NCBI GenBank assembly: GCA_024654535.1
Contig: JANLHL010000007.1
Coordinates: forward strand, 66,395 to 130,394
Length of the DNA: 64,000 nt
Direction: 5' to 3'
Source of the DNA: Candidatus Roizmanbacteria bacterium
GTDB taxonomy: Bacteria > Patescibacteriota > Microgenomatia > UBA1406
Below are positions 39,877 to 49,091 of the stretch, in pieces; position 1 is the stretch's first letter; the number at the start of each line of letters is the position of its first letter. The position numbers and the translations under genes are program-made. Below the pieces are notes generated by a model. That model worked only from the letters and a program-made list of their open reading frames with translations, was not told the DNA's origin and made no database searches.

Positions 39877-41118
39877 ATGACAACTTTTCAGGTTCACTCT
39901 TGGCCTTCCGCTATCGCACATGTCGATGGAAATGCTTTTTTTGCCTCCGTGATGCAAGCCGCATACCCACACCTACAAAACAAACCCGTAGTCATTGGAA
40001 AAGAAAGAGGGATTGTCACTGCGGTGTCATATGAAGCAAAAAAATACGGGATTACTCGTGGTATGCGTGGGTTTGAAATAAAAAGACTTTGCTCTTCAGT
40101 TCTTTTTTTAGAAGGCGACTATGAGCTCTTTTCTTTATTTTCTCAACGCATGTTTTCTATTCTCCGCCAGTTCTCCCCAGTAGTAGAAGAGTACTCAGTT
40201 GATGAAGGATTTATTGATCTTTTTGGCATGCGAGCACACTTGCATATGACCTATGGTGAAATAGCAGTCAAGATACAAAAGATAATAGACGACCAGCTCG
40301 GTATCCCCGTATCGGTAGGGGTTTCTCTTACGAAGAGTTTGGCAAAGTTAGCAAGTGGATCAAAAAAACCACGCGGCATAACCCTCGTAGCAGGACGCGA
40401 CATAGAGCAATTTCTCAAAGATATACCAATTGAAAACGTGTGGGGTATTGGCCCTGCCACCTCTGCTTTTTTAAGAAAAAATAACATACGTACAGCAGGA
40501 TCTTTCGCAGAAAAAAAGGTAGTACAGACTCTCTCAAAACCATACTATGACATATGGAATGAATTGAGAGGAATTATTGTGCATGGGTTAGACACAAACA
40601 AAAAAGTCACCTATCAATCAATAGGAAAAACACACACATTTACCACACCTTCTAACAATAAGGCGTACGTATGGGCACAGTTGAGGCACAATATAGAAGA
40701 GGCTTTTGCAAAAGCAAGAAAATATCATTATTGTGTAAAAGAAATGACTATATTTATAAAAACACAAAGCTTTCAATACAGAACAAAAGAAATTGATTTT
40801 GATACACCACAACAGTATCCGTTAGTACAAATAAAATACATACAAAAAATGTTTTCGAGCATCTATACAGCTTCTCTCCTGTACCGAGCGAGTGGTTGTA
40901 CCCTTACAAAACTTATGAGTGCCAGCTCAATACAAGGGTCTTTATTTACCTCTGATACGCTGCCAAAACACCATGCCAAAGCACTCTACAACATAATAGG
41001 CAAACAAAATCTTACCTTTGGGACTTCTTTATGGATTAGTAACAAAAGAGGAGAAAAAAGAGAAGAGCACATGCCGCGGCTTTCTCTACCAACCCTGCAC
41101 ATTGACAGATTAGTATAA
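39877..41118 (+). CDS. dinB: Y-family DNA polymerase IV
   Basis: IAHVDGNAFFASV and YSVDEGFIDL retain the catalytic Asp and Asp-Glu residues. Confidence 0.85.
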   Translation: MTTFQVHSWPSAIAHVDGNAFFASVMQAAYPHLQNKPVVIGKERGIVTAVSYEAKKYGITRGMRGFEIKRLCSSVLFLEGDYELFSLFSQRMFSILRQFSPVVEEYSVDEGFIDLFGMRAHLHMTYGEIAVKIQKIIDDQLGIPVSVGVSLTKSLAKLASGSKKPRGITLVAGRDIEQFLKDIPIENVWGIGPATSAFLRKNNIRTAGSFAEKKVVQTLSKPYYDIWNELRGIIVHGLDTNKKVTYQSIGKTHTFTTPSNNKAYVWAQLRHNIEEAFAKARKYHYCVKEMTIFIKTQSFQYRTKEIDFDTPQQYPLVQIKYIQKMFSSIYTASLLYRASGCTLTKLMSASSIQGSLFTSDTLPKHHAKALYNIIGKQNLTFGTSLWISNKRGEKREEHMPRLSLPTLHIDRLV

Positions 41119-41125
41119 TAGACTC

Positions 41126-41701
41126 ATGCAACATCTTATTTTAGCCTCTAATTCAAAACAAAGAGCAATTATTTTGGAAACATTAAAAATACCTTTCACA
41201 ATCATTCCAGCCAATATACAAGAGAAAGCTATTCGTCATACAAACTTGAAAAAGCAAGCAGTGGCAATTGCACAAGCAAAAGCCCAGTTCGTAGGGCACG
41301 ATCACCCAGGGATTATAATAGCTGCAGATACGTTTAACGTGGTGGGTACACACGTCTTTGAAAAACCAAAGGATAAAAAACATGCTTTCCACATGTTAGA
41401 AGAACTCTCTGGAAAAGAAAGTGTCTGTTATACAGGGTATTGCTATATAGATAAACAAAATAAGATATTTGTCGCTGATGCGGTAACAATACGAGTACGT
41501 TTCCGCGATTTATCAAAAACAGATATTATGCGTCATGTACAAACTCATCCGGTAACACAATGGGCAGCTGGGTTTTCCCCAGCATACACAGATACGCTTC
41601 ACTTGGTCGCCTCTATACAAGGTTCATTAACTGGATTCTCTCACGGATTACCACTGGAGCGTATTATTTCACTACTCAAAAAGTCAGGTTTTTTTGTATA
41701 G
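41126..41701 (+). CDS. maf: Maf-like nucleoside triphosphate pyrophosphatase
   Basis: LILASNSKQRAIILETLKIPF...IIAADT. Confidence 0.8.
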   Translation: MQHLILASNSKQRAIILETLKIPFTIIPANIQEKAIRHTNLKKQAVAIAQAKAQFVGHDHPGIIIAADTFNVVGTHVFEKPKDKKHAFHMLEELSGKESVCYTGYCYIDKQNKIFVADAVTIRVRFRDLSKTDIMRHVQTHPVTQWAAGFSPAYTDTLHLVASIQGSLTGFSHGLPLERIISLLKKSGFFV

Positions 41702-41712
41702 TTATAGAGCAT

Positions 41713-43158
41713 ATGGCAAAAAATCAACTCACACCAAAAACAGTCGATATGAGTAAATGGTATACCCAAGTCATTTATCAGTCGTGCCTTGCAGATTATG
41801 CACCGGTGAAAGGGTGTATGGTCATACGACCAAATGGATATGAGATCTGGGAAAATATACATGATGCACTTGATCCACTATTGAAAAATTTAGGTATCCG
41901 AAACGCATACTTTCCTATTTTTATTCCACTATCTTTGCTCAACAAAGAGGCAAAACACATAGAAGGATTTTCTCCTGAGCTTGCAATAGTAACCCATGGA
42001 GGTGGAGAAGAGTTAAAAGAAAAGCTTGCCATTCGGCCAACGTCTGAAACGGTTATGTATACCATGTATAGTAAATGGGTGCATTCATACCGAGATTTGC
42101 CACTTCTATTGAACCAGTGGAACAATGTTGTGCGATGGGAAAAAAGAACATATTTTTTCCTACGAACAACAGAGTTTTTATGGCAAGAAGCACACACTGC
42201 ACACGCAACTCATGAGGAAGCGTGGCAAATGGTACTCGATGGACTGAGTGCTTATAAAAATATGGTAGAAAATTATTTGGCAATCCCAGTTATTTCTGGT
42301 AAAAAAAGCGCGCACGAAACATTCGCAGGAGCAACGCTTACCACAACTATTGAAGCTCTTATGCCAGACGGTAAGGCGCTACAGGCGGGAACAAGCCACG
42401 ATTTGGGACAAAATTTCTCTCAAAAAACTGCATTTGATATCGCATTTCAAGATCAAAAAGGGAACACCGCTTATGCGTGGCAAACTAGTTTTGGTCTATC
42501 GACAAGAATAATTGGAGCGCTCATAATGACTCATGGTGACGATGATGGACTCGTATTGCCTCCTCGTATTGCTCCGATACAAGTTGCCATATTGCCTGCA
42601 CAAGAAAGTGAGGTAGTGACACACGTATGTGAAAAATTAGCAGAAGATTTAAAAAAGTCGGGAATACGTATCGCGTACCTTTCTGACCTAACCCATAGCC
42701 TTGGGTGGCGTTTAAATGAAGCAGAAATCCAAGGAACCCCACTTACCGTTGTCATTGGTGAGCGGGAACTTGCAGCAAAAAAATTGACTGCAAAGATACG
42801 GCACAATCGCACAGAGGAAACGGTCAATATAGAGAATGCAGACCGTACTATACAGCGCATATTAGAAACAATCCAAGAAGATATGTATAAAAAAGCGCTT
42901 AAAAATATGAAAGAGCTTACAACAGAAGTACAAACATTTGAAGAATTTGAACAAGTCATGAAATCGAAAAGAGGATTTATAAAAGCGTTCTGGTGCGAAC
43001 AAGAATCGTGCGAAACCGCAATTAAAAGAGAGACAAAAGCGACAACCCGCTGTTTGCCGTTTATAAATGAAAGGGGTGCTGTTTCGGAGGAAAAGGGAGT
43101 GTGTATTAAATGTGGCAAGGAATGTACCCATCGCTGGCTTTTCGCACAGGCGTATTAA
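41713..43158 (+). CDS. proS: prolyl-tRNA synthetase, archaeal/eukaryotic-like type
   Basis: SKWYTQVI...ADYAPVKGCMVIRPNGYEIWE, class II motifs, and a C-terminal Cys cluster ending in Tyr. The ORF-track extension 41560-41712 overlaps maf and was dropped. Confidence 0.9.
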   Translation: MAKNQLTPKTVDMSKWYTQVIYQSCLADYAPVKGCMVIRPNGYEIWENIHDALDPLLKNLGIRNAYFPIFIPLSLLNKEAKHIEGFSPELAIVTHGGGEELKEKLAIRPTSETVMYTMYSKWVHSYRDLPLLLNQWNNVVRWEKRTYFFLRTTEFLWQEAHTAHATHEEAWQMVLDGLSAYKNMVENYLAIPVISGKKSAHETFAGATLTTTIEALMPDGKALQAGTSHDLGQNFSQKTAFDIAFQDQKGNTAYAWQTSFGLSTRIIGALIMTHGDDDGLVLPPRIAPIQVAILPAQESEVVTHVCEKLAEDLKKSGIRIAYLSDLTHSLGWRLNEAEIQGTPLTVVIGERELAAKKLTAKIRHNRTEETVNIENADRTIQRILETIQEDMYKKALKNMKELTTEVQTFEEFEQVMKSKRGFIKAFWCEQESCETAIKRETKATTRCLPFINERGAVSEEKGVCIKCGKECTHRWLFAQAY

Positions 43159-43203
43159 TTACCTTACCTCTTTCGCTTGTGTTTTGTGTTATACTGTTGC
43201 AAC

Positions 43204-43731
43204 ATGATGCAGAACACTACCGTACCTATTCTTTCGTTATTGAATAGTCGATTCAGTCCAAAAGAATTTTTGCAAGAACCCGTCTCCCAAGAACACTACA
43301 AGCTACTCTTTGAAGCCGCGCGATGGTCACCATCTTCATACAATCGTCAGCCATGGTTTTATTATTATTCTTTGCAAAACACCCCCGGATTTGAAACATT
43401 AGCAAAATCATTAGTAGAGGGAAATGCATGGGCAAAGAAAGCACCTCTACTCATCTTAGGTTGTTATATCGATTCAGATGAGCATGGGAAAAATGCCTAC
43501 GCTCAATACGATCTTGGACAATCAACTTTCTCGCTTGTCATGCAGGCTCAGGCTCTTGGCTATTATTCACACCAAATGGGTGGTTTTGACAGAGAAAAAG
43601 CAAAAACGCTCCTTCAGCTTCCTCCCGAACACATACCACACGTTATGATTGCAATTGGGAAAATAGGCAATATAGACAAAAAGGATCCTAGCAGAACAAG
43701 AAAAGAGACTCTTGCAAAAAAAGTAGAGTAA
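43204..43731 (+). CDS. nitroreductase family protein
   Basis: RFSPKEF...ARWSPSSYNRQPW. TATACT 43190-43195 lies 8 nt before the ATG. Confidence 0.75.
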   Translation: MMQNTTVPILSLLNSRFSPKEFLQEPVSQEHYKLLFEAARWSPSSYNRQPWFYYYSLQNTPGFETLAKSLVEGNAWAKKAPLLILGCYIDSDEHGKNAYAQYDLGQSTFSLVMQAQALGYYSHQMGGFDREKAKTLLQLPPEHIPHVMIAIGKIGNIDKKDPSRTRKETLAKKVE

Positions 43732-43735
43732 TTCG

Positions 43736-44476
43736 CTAATCTTCACCAACGAGTACTATCTGAGCAGAAAAAAAATATGAAATCACGGCTACTCTCTCAA
43801 GGTATGGCTGTATAAAAAATAAAATCCGAGACAAAAAATTTGGAAAGAAGAAGGGAACAAAGCCGACATAATTCTCCTTTACAAGCCTGATGTTTGCCTG
43901 CTTACACCATTGTTTCAGTAATGCACTGCTATATGAGCGCTCTTTGTGCAGACGATGGTATGGCGACATTTTTTCTATACATTTTAAGATTATGTTATTG
44001 CCGTTTGGTTCAACAATAATAATTGTGTGTGCCCATAAACGAGCTTTCTTTAATGCGAGAAGAGGATCGTTCACGTGGTGAATGACGCCTCGCAAAATGG
44101 CAACGTCGTATTTCTTTTTTGGTGGAGGGAGTAAAAAAAGATCGCCTTCATAAAATTGTATATGCGGGTAAGCTTTTTTTGCTATCTTTATAGCTTCAAC
44201 TGAAGGGTCAAATCCCGAAAATTGTATACGTGGAAACCGTACAGACAATTCATGCGTGTAGGCACCATCTCCACAGCCCATATCAACAACAGTCTGTGTA
44301 TTTTCAGGAATATTTAAAGCTATTTCACTCGTGAGACGACTGTTGGCTACCTCCATGGAATACGTTTTTTTTTGAGTGTATTGATAACCGTTAAATTTCC
44401 TTACATCACCATCAAACACTGTCGCAATGAGCGTGGTTTTTTTATGGAAGGAATCGTGCATAGATTTGTTATTCAT
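43736..44476 (-). CDS. class I SAM-dependent methyltransferase
   Basis: VVDMGCGDGAYT motif I. Its start overlaps the upstream stop codon (TAATG). Confidence 0.75.
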   Translation of the reverse strand: MNNKSMHDSFHKKTTLIATVFDGDVRKFNGYQYTQKKTYSMEVANSRLTSEIALNIPENTQTVVDMGCGDGAYTHELSVRFPRIQFSGFDPSVEAIKIAKKAYPHIQFYEGDLFLLPPPKKKYDVAILRGVIHHVNDPLLALKKARLWAHTIIIVEPNGNNIILKCIEKMSPYHRLHKERSYSSALLKQWCKQANIRLVKENYVGFVPFFFPNFLSRILFFIQPYLERVAVISYFFSAQIVLVGED

Positions 44477-45630
44477 TACGTACCCTTACCTAAGAGGGCT
44501 TGTATTTGGGCTTTATAGGTCTCTTGATCTTTTAACGCTTGATCGTATTGCTGCTTTGCTCGATCACAACTGTCTTTAAAGAAATCAGAACCATTACAGG
44601 TAATTTTGCTACTGCTTGCAGCTGCATTTTGTGAAAATATTGCACTATTGTATCGCTGTAGGTAATATTTTAGATCTTCCAAATCTTGAGCCTGATAACA
44701 TTTATCGCTCGCGAATTCTCCTTCGTAGATCTTAAATTGTGTACATCCTGGGACTTGATTCGCTGGTGCTTGCTGAGAATTTGTTTGAGAAACGTTACTC
44801 GATGGAATGACTAAGACAGATTCTATACTCCTCGATTTTAGACTATTCTGCAATGCTTTTCGATCGGTTTCTAGGCGCTCCTCGTGTGCTTTCCATGGTT
44901 GAAATACCACCAAACGAGAAAAATCAGAATCAACAGGAAGTATGGTAACATAGAATGGTTCATTTACATACCCGCCAAATAAAATACCCTCCACAGTGAT
45001 TGGCTGAAGTTCAACTTTTCCCCATTTCACCTTTTTGCCATTCAGCGTGTACTTCAACTGGTCTGTCGAGCTTTTTTCTATATAGTCAACAAATGCATTT
45101 AAATCCCATTTCTGCGTGTTGTTCACGCAGTACGATACTAAACCTGGGTGCTGCACATCGTATGCCTTTTTCCCCTCGTTATTTCTAAATTTTTCGCTCG
45201 TCTTTTTAAACTGCATCGTTGCCATAAGTACTCCCTGGCTTGTGACGCTTTGCGGAGCAAGATTACGAAACGAATCTGAACCAACTGCTGTTTCTTCATA
45301 GAGCCACTCTTGCATCGGGTCTGTTTGTATAACGGTCGTGGGCCATCCTACCCAGTATCCACAACTTGAAGGAATAGTACTTCTGAATTCTGTCTTATAG
45401 ACTTTTTGTTTTTGTTCCACTGGTGGTTTTTCATGTGCGAAAAGTTTAGAAAGAGAAGGTAGGGAAAAATGGGAATTCTGCACAACTCTGTAAAGCCCGT
45501 AGCTTGAACCTGCGATGACAAGGAATAAAACAAAAAAAACAACGAGAGCTCCAGGTATTTTTTTATGAATTGCCTCAGGAGTAGGCATCTGAATACCTTC
45601 CTCTAGCGGTATATTCGCGTCTTGGTCCAT
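44476..45630 (-). CDS. N-terminally anchored extracytoplasmic protein with C-terminal 4-Cys region; unknown function
   Basis: TM helix ALVVFFVLFLVIAGSSYGLY. The C-terminal ~90 aa carry 4 Cys. Start at ATG 45630, 6 nt after TATACT (45637-45642). Confidence 0.65.
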   Translation of the reverse strand: MDQDANIPLEEGIQMPTPEAIHKKIPGALVVFFVLFLVIAGSSYGLYRVVQNSHFSLPSLSKLFAHEKPPVEQKQKVYKTEFRSTIPSSCGYWVGWPTTVIQTDPMQEWLYEETAVGSDSFRNLAPQSVTSQGVLMATMQFKKTSEKFRNNEGKKAYDVQHPGLVSYCVNNTQKWDLNAFVDYIEKSSTDQLKYTLNGKKVKWGKVELQPITVEGILFGGYVNEPFYVTILPVDSDFSRLVVFQPWKAHEERLETDRKALQNSLKSRSIESVLVIPSSNVSQTNSQQAPANQVPGCTQFKIYEGEFASDKCYQAQDLEDLKYYLQRYNSAIFSQNAAASSSKITCNGSDFFKDSCDRAKQQYDQALKDQETYKAQIQALLGKGT

Positions 45631-45646
45631 GAAAAAAGTATAACAC

Positions 45647-45668
45647 AAAGCTTTTCACGAAAAGCTTT
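45647..45668 (-). terminator. inverted repeat AAAGCTTTTC-AC-GAAAAGCTTT downstream of the MFS gene (weak terminator candidate)
   Basis: Perfect 10-bp arms lying between the MFS stop codon (45673) and the next promoter. No clear U-tract follows. Confidence 0.3.
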
Positions 45669-45672
45669 TGGC

Positions 45673-46854
45673 TCAGAAAGCTGTTTCTTTCGGTACAGTA
45701 GGATTCAAAATACGAAACGAGAGAAAGAAGCAGCTTAAAATAATCGCAGCACTTGCTAGGAAAGGTAACGTCACAGAATATGTCGCTATTGCCCCACCAA
45801 GTATTGGACCAAATATTTGCCCTATGCTCATGTATGAGGAATTGAGCCCAAGCATAGTTCCTTGTGATCGCTCATCGGTTTCCCGCGACAAAATGGTATT
45901 TATAAGGGGGCCGATCATAGAATTTGGAATACCTATGATGACCATTGAAACAACAAACATGGCAAACGAACGAAAAGTAAACATCACAAGAAAGCCTAGT
46001 GCCACAGTAAGTATAGCGCTAGAAAACGTACGCTTTATGCCAAATCGTTTCGAAAGAGGTTCTACTAGTAAAAGTTGACTTATCAAACCCAATACTCCAA
46101 ACATGGTATATAGAATCGATACATTTGTAGCAGATAAGTGCAGTATTTTTATGAGGTAGGGTTGAAATGCAAAGATGAATGTGAAAAAACCCAAAAAGTA
46201 GAACAGGGTAATAAGCAAGGTAGGACCAACGTTCTTATCAAAGAGCGCTTGCGCAAGCTTGCCAAAATCAAAAAGTTTACTTTTCTTTACTTCACCTATG
46301 TGAGTGTTCGTTTCTGGCAGAAAGAGAGCTGTTGATATAACGGCGATTAGAGAAATACCAGCTGCTATTAAAAAGGGGAGAGATGGCGATATGCCCACAG
46401 TAAGAGCCGATATGGCAGGCCCAAAAACGAACCCAAAACCAAATGACGCGCCGATTATGGCAAATCCACGTGCGCGATGTTCAGGTTTTGTGGTGTCAGA
46501 AATAACGGCTGTTGCTACTGGTATATTACCTGCGGTAATACCGTCGAGTGCCCGAGCAATGAACAGAAATATTGCGCTTGGCGCAAGCGCCATCATGAGA
46601 AACGACACAACCGTTCCACTTATCGATACTAGCAACAGTGGTTTTCTACCAAATTTATCTGACATGCGACCAATGATCGGCGTGGAAAAGAACTGAAAAA
46701 GCGAAAAAGTAGCAAAGAGCATGCCGTTTTGAAAGTCGGTTAAACCATATCGCACAGAGTATGAATAGAGAATAGGAATAATGATCCCATATCCCAGTGC
46801 GTTCACCAAGGCAATGAGCGCTATTATAAGAAGGTTGCGATTGTTTTTAAACAT
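45673..46854 (-). CDS. MFS transporter (drug:H+ antiporter/TetA-like)
   Basis: 12 TM helices and motif A GRMSDKFGRKPLLL. Confidence 0.85.
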   Translation of the reverse strand: MFKNNRNLLIIALIALVNALGYGIIIPILYSYSVRYGLTDFQNGMLFATFSLFQFFSTPIIGRMSDKFGRKPLLLVSISGTVVSFLMMALAPSAIFLFIARALDGITAGNIPVATAVISDTTKPEHRARGFAIIGASFGFGFVFGPAISALTVGISPSLPFLIAAGISLIAVISTALFLPETNTHIGEVKKSKLFDFGKLAQALFDKNVGPTLLITLFYFLGFFTFIFAFQPYLIKILHLSATNVSILYTMFGVLGLISQLLLVEPLSKRFGIKRTFSSAILTVALGFLVMFTFRSFAMFVVSMVIIGIPNSMIGPLINTILSRETDERSQGTMLGLNSSYMSIGQIFGPILGGAIATYSVTLPFLASAAIILSCFFLSFRILNPTVPKETAF

Positions 46855-46909
46855 AAGGAATAACTATTGTATCAAAAAACCTAGGCTTAATACATATTCA
46901 GGTCTATCT

Positions 46910-46921
46910 TCTGTATACAGA
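46910..46921. promoter_or_regulatory. perfect 12-bp palindrome TCTGTATACAGA upstream of the MFS promoter
   Basis: Lies about 36-47 bp upstream of the extended -10 TGaTACAAT (46866-46874, minus strand). Confidence 0.35.
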
Positions 46922-46990
46922 TTAATATTCTCACATCCAATTCTTTAGAAAGGATTGGAAAGCTCTTAAGTAGAGGTGCTATTCGTATAA

Positions 46991-47563
46991 CTATACCTGC
47001 TCAGAAAATTCTGTATTTTCTGAATTGTATAGTCCCTTTAATTGATCTGCGGTCAAGGTCCAATCAATACTAGCATGTCGAGGTAGATGCACAGCATATC
47101 GACCTGCTTGTAATGTTGCAGTATATATACCTGCCTCTCTTTGAAGTTCTGCTCTTATTTGATGACCAGATAGTACTTGTGGATGGCGTACTGGGCCACA
47201 CATTGGGAGAGTGGAAAAAATGCTTTCAAAAAAAGTCGGATTATCAATGAGTACATAGTTTTGGGTATCCGTTCTCCTTCTGACTCCCCATCGAGCAATC
47301 ACTATTGCTCTATTTGGTGTATGTTCTTGTTCGGGTACAAAAACATCTACAGGAGATTGACTGTATAGACCTAAGCTCATTGCCTCTTGCGCCCACGAAC
47401 TCAGTGGCATTCCAATCAGATCACGCGCCTGTGTACTCAGCTCTCTCCATTGCTGCTCTTTGGCGCTCGTTTGTTCGCGAGCTTGTTGCTTTCTTCTTTG
47501 TTGGGCAAGACGATCTGCCCTAATTGCATCACCAAGTGTTGGACCTTCTGTACGTATTGGCAT
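46991..47563 (-). CDS. hypothetical protein, 190 aa
   Basis: Uninterrupted ORF with an Arg/Gln-rich N-terminal segment. Start at ATG 47563, 5 nt after TATACT (47569-47574). Confidence 0.6.
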   Translation of the reverse strand: MPIRTEGPTLGDAIRADRLAQQRRKQQAREQTSAKEQQWRELSTQARDLIGMPLSSWAQEAMSLGLYSQSPVDVFVPEQEHTPNRAIVIARWGVRRRTDTQNYVLIDNPTFFESIFSTLPMCGPVRHPQVLSGHQIRAELQREAGIYTATLQAGRYAVHLPRHASIDWTLTADQLKGLYNSENTEFSEQV

Positions 47564-47614
47564 GCTATAGTATAGCATATAACACACAAAGTGCAACTAT
47601 TATAGGACAACAAT

Positions 47615-48103
47615 TTAGCTTTTATGTATAGGTTGGGGGACGGTTACAAAAAACTGAAGTTCGCTTTGCCTTTCAGGATAAGGTATAAATCGCGTATCAA
47701 CCTCAGTATCCACATGCATCGCTCGTATTGCCCAGATACCTCTTAGCGCAACATTGATTACATCCTCAGGAGCATACAGAAGTTCTGCATGCTTATGGAT
47801 TGCTCCCATAGCATCGATTATACGTTGAGGCATTATGAAGGCGATTTCATTAGCGCCTACATGTACCTGTGGATATCTGGACATTATATATGTAGCAGGA
47901 AATCCATTAATCGTAGCAGCATGCATTTCTTGCCATGGTTGTAGCATCCCGCCTGCGTTAAGCGCCGCAACCCTCAGTGCAAATATATTCGCCAATCTAC
48001 TAGCTTCAGATTCCCACATATGTTGTGTACGACTATGCATTACTTCCGGATTAACAGAGAGTGTGGCCGGCAGAGTGTGCAGAAGTTTCAATCTATCTAT
48101 CAT
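47615..48103 (-). CDS. hypothetical protein, 162 aa
   Basis: Uninterrupted ORF. TGaTAATAT (48110-48118) lies 6 nt upstream of the ATG. Confidence 0.6.
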   Translation of the reverse strand: MIDRLKLLHTLPATLSVNPEVMHSRTQHMWESEASRLANIFALRVAALNAGGMLQPWQEMHAATINGFPATYIMSRYPQVHVGANEIAFIMPQRIIDAMGAIHKHAELLYAPEDVINVALRGIWAIRAMHVDTEVDTRFIPYPERQSELQFFVTVPQPIHKS

Positions 48104-48147
48104 CGCACAATATTATCAAAATGTATGGCAGATTGCAACACTATAGG

Positions 48148-49056
48148 TTATGTATGTACAGCAGAAACATACTTCTCAAGCTCGTGTATACGTCTCTCTA
48201 TCCATATAGTATCCTGCACAAGTACCGCATGCTCAAGATTACTCACAACAAGCCTATCTTCGTAAAACTGTCGCCTTGTATCAAACGTCTTGTCTACCCC
48301 ACGGCCATACCCTTTGTACGCCTGTGATAAAAAGTCAGCCCCATACTTATGTAGAAACCCAAAGTCATACGCTGGATCTGCGATAGTGACATCTCCAAAA
48401 TCTATTATTCCTACAAGTGCGTGCGTATTTTGATCGATCAGGATATGCTCGGGCATTATATCTGAATGAATAACCGTGTTCTTTACAGGATTATTCTCAA
48501 TAATTTCAATAAATTGTGCAAATATATCATTGATCCAGTTTTGTTGGGAGCTTTTTACATAGGGGAATACTGTTTTCTGTAGCTTTTCATATTTCTCTTT
48601 CCAAAATAAGACGGTCATAGATTTTGTGATACCAATCGACTGTGCTTGTTCAACGGGAAACGTGTGGAGTGCTCGTAGGAAAGCCCCTAACGTATGTGCT
48701 ATGGCGTTTCTATCTTTTTCACCACAGGATGCTACCAATTTTCTACTACAAGGGACACCTTCAATAAACGGATATGCAGCGTAATTACCAATCTGAGGAT
48801 GAGTATGTAATTTCAGATCAGGTACCTGTACAGGGCAATTTTCCTTGAATTGCTTGAGAAATGCAGCCTCAACTGGAAGTTTGTGCTCGTATACTTTACT
48901 GCGTGGAAAACGGTATGCATTCTTGCAAGCTATACCGACAACAAAATCCCAACCATCTTCTAACCAATGTATATCAACCGCATTTGGTTCATTGCTTCCA
49001 ATAATGCTTGTGAATAGCGCCGTATCAAATGGAGCCCTATGGATTTGCTTTGTCAT
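48148..49056 (-). CDS. aminoglycoside/small-molecule phosphotransferase (APH family kinase)
   Basis: HSDIMPEHILID (catalytic loop) and GIIDFGDVTIADPAYDF (DFG-like motif). Confidence 0.8.
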   Translation of the reverse strand: MTKQIHRAPFDTALFTSIIGSNEPNAVDIHWLEDGWDFVVGIACKNAYRFPRSKVYEHKLPVEAAFLKQFKENCPVQVPDLKLHTHPQIGNYAAYPFIEGVPCSRKLVASCGEKDRNAIAHTLGAFLRALHTFPVEQAQSIGITKSMTVLFWKEKYEKLQKTVFPYVKSSQQNWINDIFAQFIEIIENNPVKNTVIHSDIMPEHILIDQNTHALVGIIDFGDVTIADPAYDFGFLHKYGADFLSQAYKGYGRGVDKTFDTRRQFYEDRLVVSNLEHAVLVQDTIWIERRIHELEKYVSAVHT

Positions 49057-49091
49057 ATCTTCAATAAGAAATTATATCGTATACTCTCCTT

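Noticed and set aside
42531-43118. Long antisense ORFs opposite real genes: 42531..43118, 28085..28636, 57896..58408, 18527..18991, 45668..46078, 46304..46696, 30803..31261, 52954..53349.
   Set aside because: Each is fully contained in a gene with clear family motifs on the other strand. Their sequences lack motifs and are compositionally odd. This is the typical stop-poor antisense frame.
47562-47578. 17-bp palindrome ATGCTATAGTATAGCAT at a gene start, and the similar GTATAGTATAC at 30675-30685, considered as operator sites.
   Set aside because: They are more simply explained by the TATACT -10 box, which is itself half of the palindromic TATAGTATA, lying next to the start codon. No separate regulatory role is needed.
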